A stretch of 10,094 bases of DNA from Candidatus Thorarchaeota archaeon (GTDB lineage: Archaea; Asgardarchaeota; Thorarchaeia; Thorarchaeales; Thorarchaeaceae). Made by a program: the position numbers and the translations under genes. Location: positions 1 to 10,094 of the forward strand of contig PRDJ01000053.1 of the NCBI GenBank assembly GCA_003345555.1, in the 5' to 3' direction. The notes under the pieces are model-generated. The model was given only the letters and a program-made list of their open reading frames with translations. It was not told the DNA's origin and ran no database searches. This document shows, piece after piece, positions 5,276 to 10,094 of the stretch (positions within the stretch are counted from its first letter, which is position 1; each line of letters opens with the position of its first letter).

Positions 5276-6322
5276 ATGAACAAGAGTATGACCAATCTAT
5301 TCGTTGGTTTGCTCATTGGCATTGTCGTTGGCGCCGGTGCACTTTTCATAGTCACACCATCGAGCGGCCCAGCGACTTACACCATCACCACGGCTGGCTC
5401 CACAACTGTCTATCCGCTGAGCCAAGAGTGGTCAAGCATCTTCCATGAGGACTTCCCTGCTTTCCTGGTCAATGCGGCAGCAGGCGGTTCAGGAGTCGGG
5501 CAGTCTCAGGTAGCTGAACGGCTGATACATATCGGCGGGTCTAGCTCTTATCCATCTGCCCAGTACCGCGCGAACTACACAAACGTCAAGATTCTGCCTG
5601 TTGCAGCTGACGCACTCGCAATTGTCGTCAATCCTTCGGTGAACGGCTCGCTCTTCAGGCTTGATTCTGACATGGCTGCGGCTATCTTCCAAGGTAACAT
5701 CACAACCTGGGAGGACTTTGCCTCAACCTTCCACGTCAGTGTGGCAGCCACTGGCACGATTGATGTATATGTGAGATCAGACGCAAGTGGAACGACCGCG
5801 ACATTCGGCAAGTGGCTATCTACATCAACCGGCAACCCGAACCCTTACGCGAACCTCACATGGAGACTCGGAAGCTCGGAGGTCATCTCCTGGCCTGCTG
5901 GGTTCAACGCGGTTATGGGTAATCCTGGTGTGGCTTCAGGAGTGAAGGGCGACTCCAAGGCGATAGGCTATGTAGGTTTTGCCTTCACGGAAGGTCTGAC
6001 TGATGCTGACCTCTACAACTATGGAAACGGTGAGTGGGTTGTCCCCAGCTTGGCAGCTGCTCTCAAGGCCATTCCAACCACACTGACTGACCCTGGCCAG
6101 GATCTGATGAATTCTGCTACTTCTGGTGCATACCCGATAGCTCGGCTCCTCTTCTATTTGGTGAACGTAGACAATGTGCCGTGGTATGTCATTGTATACC
6201 TTGACTGGGCGATTGCACAGGGACAGGCATACGTATCCGGCGTTGGATATGTGCCAATCAACGGAACGGCGGCAGCCTCCTACTCTCTGAACGCGGTGGG
6301 CATGCTCAAACCAACTATGTAG
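5276..6322 (+). CDS. pstS: Phosphate ABC transporter substrate-binding protein, membrane-anchored (348 aa)
   Basis: AGSTTVYP, GGSGVG, DALAIVVNP, RSDASGTT and YPIAR motifs. N-terminal TM anchor with no lipobox. GGTGA SD at 5261-5265 favours the ATG at 5276 over TTG 5252. Confidence 0.93.
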   Translation: MNKSMTNLFVGLLIGIVVGAGALFIVTPSSGPATYTITTAGSTTVYPLSQEWSSIFHEDFPAFLVNAAAGGSGVGQSQVAERLIHIGGSSSYPSAQYRANYTNVKILPVAADALAIVVNPSVNGSLFRLDSDMAAAIFQGNITTWEDFASTFHVSVAATGTIDVYVRSDASGTTATFGKWLSTSTGNPNPYANLTWRLGSSEVISWPAGFNAVMGNPGVASGVKGDSKAIGYVGFAFTEGLTDADLYNYGNGEWVVPSLAAALKAIPTTLTDPGQDLMNSATSGAYPIARLLFYLVNVDNVPWYVIVYLDWAIAQGQAYVSGVGYVPINGTAAASYSLNAVGMLKPTM

Positions 6323-6333
6323 GCTTTCTCGTT

Positions 6334-6372
6334 CGAGAGGTGGACTGGCGGGTGCCAGCTCACCCCTCGTTT
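6334..6372 (+). terminator. Intercistronic stem-loop after pstS (attenuator or mRNA stabiliser)
   Basis: 16-bp stem 6334-6349/6354-6369 with 2 mismatches and 1 G-U pair, a GGGT loop, and TTT following. A pyrimidine tract follows the pstS stop. Confidence 0.5.
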
Positions 6373-6452
6373 CCATCAAGTTGGCAGGACCAAAAAGGAT
6401 TCAACATGCGAACGATATTCCCGAGCACGGACAGCAGACTGGTGAGAGGCCG

Positions 6453-7484
6453 ATGGCATCAGAAGATTCATCAGGGGCATCATCTCCAAGCCGATTTCCC
6501 GGACGGATTGGGTCAAACACCACGGTTCGACTTCGGGCTCTCACGAGAATGCGAGGCCCCGCTTTGCAGGATGCTGTTGGCAAGTTCGTTCTTCTCGTAC
6601 CGGCCTTCGCAGGTTCTGCTCTAATAATACTGATTCTAACATTCCTCTGGTACGAAGCAACACCGATCTTTCTGGCCCCTCAAGGAGGGCCTTCCATTGT
6701 TATACAACCCATTTGGGACCCAAACAGAGACCTCTACGGTATTGCGTTGTTCATACTTGGGTCGTTCATATGCACGTTCTTAGCAATCGCGATGGCTGTT
6801 CCCTTGGGTATCGGGGCGGCCGTGTTTCTGAGCGAGTTCTGTCCACCTAGAATCAGAACCTCGTTGCGCATGATTGTAGAGATGATGGCCGCAATACCTT
6901 CCATAGTGTACGGATTATGGGCTTACATCGTTATGGTGCCTTGGATTAAGAACTCTTTTGCACCCGCGGTGCAATCAAATCCCTTGACGGCTTGGATGCC
7001 GTGGTTCCAGGGCTCGACTAATGGTCTCAGTGTTCTTGCTGGCGGCACCATCCTTGCCATAATGCTATTGCCCACAGTAGTAGCAGTTTCGGACGACGCG
7101 CTCCGGTCTGTGCCAAGCTCGTACCGTGAGGCATCACTTGCGCTTGGTGCAACCAAGACAGAGACAGCCGTGAAGATAGTGGTGTCTGCGGCCATACCGG
7201 GCATAGGGGCGGCGATAGTGCTGTCGCTAGGAAGAGCGGTCGGCGAAACGATGGCAGTGCTCATGGTAACAGGCAACTCCCTGCAGATACCTTTCACGCT
7301 CCTAGACCCGGCTTACGTCATGACTAGTATAATAACAAACCAGCTTGGCTACGCTTTTGTCTTTCCGCTTTGGAGGTCAGCTTTGTTTGCAGTGGCGTTT
7401 GTTCTGTTAATGATGTCTGTATCTTTCACAGTCATTGCCAAATGGTTCGTAAAATGGGGAATGAAGACCAGAGGTCTGGTATAG
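6453..7484 (+). CDS. pstC: Phosphate ABC transporter permease PstC (343 aa)
   Basis: EMMAAIPSIVYGLW, MLLPTV, EAA motif EASLALGAT and RAVGETMAVLMV. GGTGA SD at 6441-6445 supports the ATG at 6453. Confidence 0.93.
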   Translation: MASEDSSGASSPSRFPGRIGSNTTVRLRALTRMRGPALQDAVGKFVLLVPAFAGSALIILILTFLWYEATPIFLAPQGGPSIVIQPIWDPNRDLYGIALFILGSFICTFLAIAMAVPLGIGAAVFLSEFCPPRIRTSLRMIVEMMAAIPSIVYGLWAYIVMVPWIKNSFAPAVQSNPLTAWMPWFQGSTNGLSVLAGGTILAIMLLPTVVAVSDDALRSVPSSYREASLALGATKTETAVKIVVSAAIPGIGAAIVLSLGRAVGETMAVLMVTGNSLQIPFTLLDPAYVMTSIITNQLGYAFVFPLWRSALFAVAFVLLMMSVSFTVIAKWFVKWGMKTRGLV

Positions 7485-7495
7485 GATGTGAAGAA

Positions 7496-8461
7496 ATGTC
7501 GAGCGACTCTTGTGCGACATCAGGCACGGCAAATGAAACAGCCTCCTCAGCTCCGGAGCCTGAGATTGGGCCAACGAGAAGATCATTGCTCTGGCTCAAG
7601 TCTCAGCTGCTGGTGAAGACCAGACGCGAAGCGAAGGACTTGCTCCTGAAGATTCTCTTTGCGATAACGACGCTGATAGTCATCCTTCCATTCTTCCTCA
7701 TTGTCATTCAACTGGCAGTTACGGGACTGAGCGGACTCACTCTGGACCTCTTCACGACATTTCCAGGTGCTTCTCTGACAGGAGGAATCCGGAACGCAAT
7801 TGTGGGGACCATTCTGCTGGTGCTTGTCGCAGGTGGGGTTGGCATTCCTCTAAGCGTATTGGGCGCAGTATACATCAGTGAATACTCTCCGCCCGGCAGA
7901 ATACGCAGTACTGTCGAGTTCGCGTCTGACGTTCTGGCTGGCATACCATCTATCGTTTTCGGAGCCTTTGGATTCGCTTTCATTGTGGTTTTCCTGAATG
8001 TGGGAATGGGACTTGTTTCGGGAGGTCTGACCTTGGCCTTCATGATGATGCCCACAGTCCTGAGGACAACTCAAGAGGCCTTGCGGCAGGTCCCTGTTTC
8101 ATTGCGAGAGGCGTCGTTTGCTCTGGGTGCCACTAAGTGGACCACTACCTGGCGAGTAACCATAAGAGCAGCATTCCCGGGAATCGTGACGGGAGTGCTA
8201 CTGGCAATAGGGCGAGTAATGGGTGAAACCGCCCCACTGATATTCACATCCGGCAACAGCCTCACCACCCCAACATCAATTCTGGGTCCTGCTTCGTGGG
8301 TTGCGTCGCTTCCGTTCACGATCTGGGCATATGTTTCTGACCCACGGCCTTATCTTCAGGTCAAAGCCCAGAGCACTGCGCTTGCCCTGCTTGTCATGGT
8401 CTTGGCTGTGGATGTGGTTGCAAACTACATTTCGCGAAAGGTGACTAGGAGGCTGGTATGA
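7496..8461 (+). CDS. pstA: Phosphate ABC transporter permease PstA (about 321 aa; start uncertain)
   Basis: LAGIPSIVFG, MMMPTVLRTTQEAL, EASFALGATKWTT and RVMGETAPL. ATG at 7496 follows the pstC stop. The stop overlaps the pstB ATG (ATGA). Confidence 0.93.
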   Translation: MSSDSCATSGTANETASSAPEPEIGPTRRSLLWLKSQLLVKTRREAKDLLLKILFAITTLIVILPFFLIVIQLAVTGLSGLTLDLFTTFPGASLTGGIRNAIVGTILLVLVAGGVGIPLSVLGAVYISEYSPPGRIRSTVEFASDVLAGIPSIVFGAFGFAFIVVFLNVGMGLVSGGLTLAFMMMPTVLRTTQEALRQVPVSLREASFALGATKWTTTWRVTIRAAFPGIVTGVLLAIGRVMGETAPLIFTSGNSLTTPTSILGPASWVASLPFTIWAYVSDPRPYLQVKAQSTALALLVMVLAVDVVANYISRKVTRRLV

Positions 8462-9225
8462 TGACAGCTAGGACGCATCAGATTGAGGTTTACGACCTGT
8501 CCACATGGTTCGGACCGAAGGCGGTTCTGAAGAACATTACATGCCACTTCAGTGACAACGCAGTGACAGCCATCATGGGGCCATCGGGCTGTGGGAAGAG
8601 CACCTTCCTCCGAACGATTAACAGGCTCAATGACATGATTGGCAACTTCAGGATGAAAGGCAAAATCCTCCTCGAAGGAGAAGACATCTACGGTCCTCAA
8701 GCGAATGTGTACGAGTTGCGACGTAAGATTGGGATGGTCTTCCAGCGGCCAAACCCGTTCCCTATGAGTATCCGGGACAACGTCAAGTATGGACCGAGGC
8801 TACACGGAGTAAAGGATGATAACGAGCTGGACCCGATAGTGGAAAAATCCCTCAAAAGAGCTGCTCTTTGGGACGAGGTCAAGGACGGCCTTGACGAACC
8901 TGCGCCAAACCTGTCAGGAGGCCAGCAACAGAGGCTCTGCATTGCTAGAGCACTTTCAGTGGATCCTCCTGTTCTTCTCATGGACGAGCCTGTCTCCTCT
9001 CTGGACCCCATAAGCGCCCAGAAGATCGAGAACCTTATTGTAGAGCTGAAGAAGGATTATACGATTATAATGGTCACGCACAATGTCCAGCAGGCATTCA
9101 GAGTGTCCGACCAAGCAGCATTCCTCTACCTCGGCGAGCTGATTGAGTTCGATAAGACACGTCGGATTGCTGAAGCCCCGGCTGACGAGAGAACAGAGGC
9201 ATTCATCACAGGTCGTATCGGGTAA
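8458..9225 (+). CDS. pstB: Phosphate ABC transporter ATPase PstB (255 aa)
   Basis: Walker A GPSGCGKST, GMVFQRPNPFPMSI, signature LSGGQQQRLCIAR, Walker B LLMDEP, H-loop VTHN, and C-terminal TEAFITGRIG. Confidence 0.96.
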   Translation: MMTARTHQIEVYDLSTWFGPKAVLKNITCHFSDNAVTAIMGPSGCGKSTFLRTINRLNDMIGNFRMKGKILLEGEDIYGPQANVYELRRKIGMVFQRPNPFPMSIRDNVKYGPRLHGVKDDNELDPIVEKSLKRAALWDEVKDGLDEPAPNLSGGQQQRLCIARALSVDPPVLLMDEPVSSLDPISAQKIENLIVELKKDYTIIMVTHNVQQAFRVSDQAAFLYLGELIEFDKTRRIAEAPADERTEAFITGRIG

Positions 9226-9233
9226 GTGATAAC

Positions 9234-9920
9234 ATGAAGACTCAGATCGAGATCTACCTCGGAGAGATTGAACAGAAGCTTCGAAGAGAACAGGAAATCA
9301 CGACCGGCGCCATCTTGGACTCGATTAAGGCATTCGAGGGTTTGGACCTTTCTCTTGCTTCGAAGCTCAAGGAAACGAGCACCGCAATCGAGGAACTCTC
9401 GGACAATGTTGAGGCGCACGTATTCGAGACCATTGCACGCAGACAGCCTGTCGCTAAGGACCTTAGGAAGCTTGCGGCGTACCTGCATGTTGCACACAGT
9501 CTTTTCAGAATAGGGCGCTATACCTACAAGATTGCTCACATGGTCAATTTGGCTCAAGGCCTCAAACACTACAAAGAGCTTGAGATACTGCCGCGCATGG
9601 CAGAGACGGCCAAGAAGACTCTTGATATTGCGATGGATGCGGTTATCACAGGTGACTTGTCCCACATCGATGAGCTCGAGAAGCTGGAAGTACAGATGGA
9701 CAAGGATACGGAGGACATGTTCGAGGAGATTGTGGGATACCTTCGAGAGCGGCAGGACATTACGAGGATGTCCTTGTTCTACATACTCGTGGGCAGATAC
9801 TATGAGCGCACCTCCGACCATGCATTCATGATAGCAGAGCGAGCGATATACATGGTAACGGGCAAGAAAAGGAAGCTCGGCCTCGCATACCGCGGCAGGA
9901 AGTCAACGGCACCTCACTAG
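9234..9920 (+). CDS. phoU: Phosphate transport system regulator PhoU (228 aa)
   Basis: RRQPVAKDLR, two helical repeats, EVQMDK and GRYYERTSDHAFMIAERAIYMVTG. It is the last gene of the pst operon. Confidence 0.92.
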   Translation: MKTQIEIYLGEIEQKLRREQEITTGAILDSIKAFEGLDLSLASKLKETSTAIEELSDNVEAHVFETIARRQPVAKDLRKLAAYLHVAHSLFRIGRYTYKIAHMVNLAQGLKHYKELEILPRMAETAKKTLDIAMDAVITGDLSHIDELEKLEVQMDKDTEDMFEEIVGYLRERQDITRMSLFYILVGRYYERTSDHAFMIAERAIYMVTGKKRKLGLAYRGRKSTAPH

Positions 9921-9960
9921 GTGCCTTCTTGCTGGTATAAGAGCTGCACTTGTCCAGATT

Positions 9961-10094
9961 TCAGCTGCGTGTGCCATGTAACTTCAATGTCAGTTCTGCG
10001 ATTCTCTTGCCCAGCTCTTTGCACATATCTATGTCCTTGTCCTCTGGTTCCTCGACAGCAGCAGCACCGTAGTGCTTATTGTCAGCTCTCCCGA
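9961..10094 (-). CDS. Partial CDS (3' end only): flavodoxin/WrbA-like NAD(P)H-dependent oxidoreductase
   Basis: Not in the ORF track because it runs off the window. The frame 10092..9961 reads GRADNKHYGAAAVEEPEDKDIDMCKELGKRIAELTLKLHGTRS-stop, resembling the HYG...P...C..LG.R.A C-terminus of WrbA-like flavodoxins. Confidence 0.65.
   Translation of the reverse strand, partial: GRADNKHYGAAAVEEPEDKDIDMCKELGKRIAELTLKLHGTRS

Noticed and set aside
5252-7495. Longest-ORF starts for pstS (5252), pstC (6381) and pstA (7370)
   Set aside because: Downstream ATGs (5276, 6453, 7496) have better SD or operon spacing. The 7370 start overlaps pstC by 115 nt, and 6381 adds a non-homologous leader.
1744-9831. 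Other overlapping ORFs in the track (e.g. 2451-2756, 2476-2919, 3118-3561, 4577-5062, 5936-6379, 6923-7297, 9126-9821)
   Set aside because: They overlap well-supported genes in other frames or strands and have no domain signal; they are expected shadows in ~53% GC DNA.
1-10094. tRNA, rRNA or CRISPR arrays
   Set aside because: No cloverleaf, rRNA-like segment or regularly spaced repeat-spacer structure was seen, and the intergenic gaps are short.

Overview
This window is most likely archaeal. Supporting signs are an AbrB-PhoU regulator, GGTGA ribosome-binding sites, TATA-like boxes 22-24 nt before start codons and many N-x-S/T sequons in exported proteins; an Asgard/Bathyarchaeia-like host is possible but is inference only. 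The left side (minus strand) has two tandem membrane-anchored M23-like metallopeptidases, a rubrerythrin-VIT1/CCC1 fusion and a thioredoxin-type arsC. The centre is a 1184-bp non-autonomous IS200/IS605 element (2941-4124) with a vestigial tnpA, a compact tnpB with an intact catalytic triad and both ends identifiable. The right side is an AbrB-PhoU regulator divergent from a complete pstSCAB-phoU operon, followed by the 3' end of a flavodoxin/WrbA-like gene. Three observations stand out. (1) The IS inserted in the regulator's stop codon and its right end rebuilt that stop codon (CTG-TAA became CTC-TGA), leaving the protein unchanged. (2) With the IS removed, the regulator ends 45 bp upstream of arsC, and both genes share an upstream TCATATGC-N6-TTAT motif. 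(3) The M23-like pair has YxFE where the family usually has YxH, and shows a probable gene-conversion tract.
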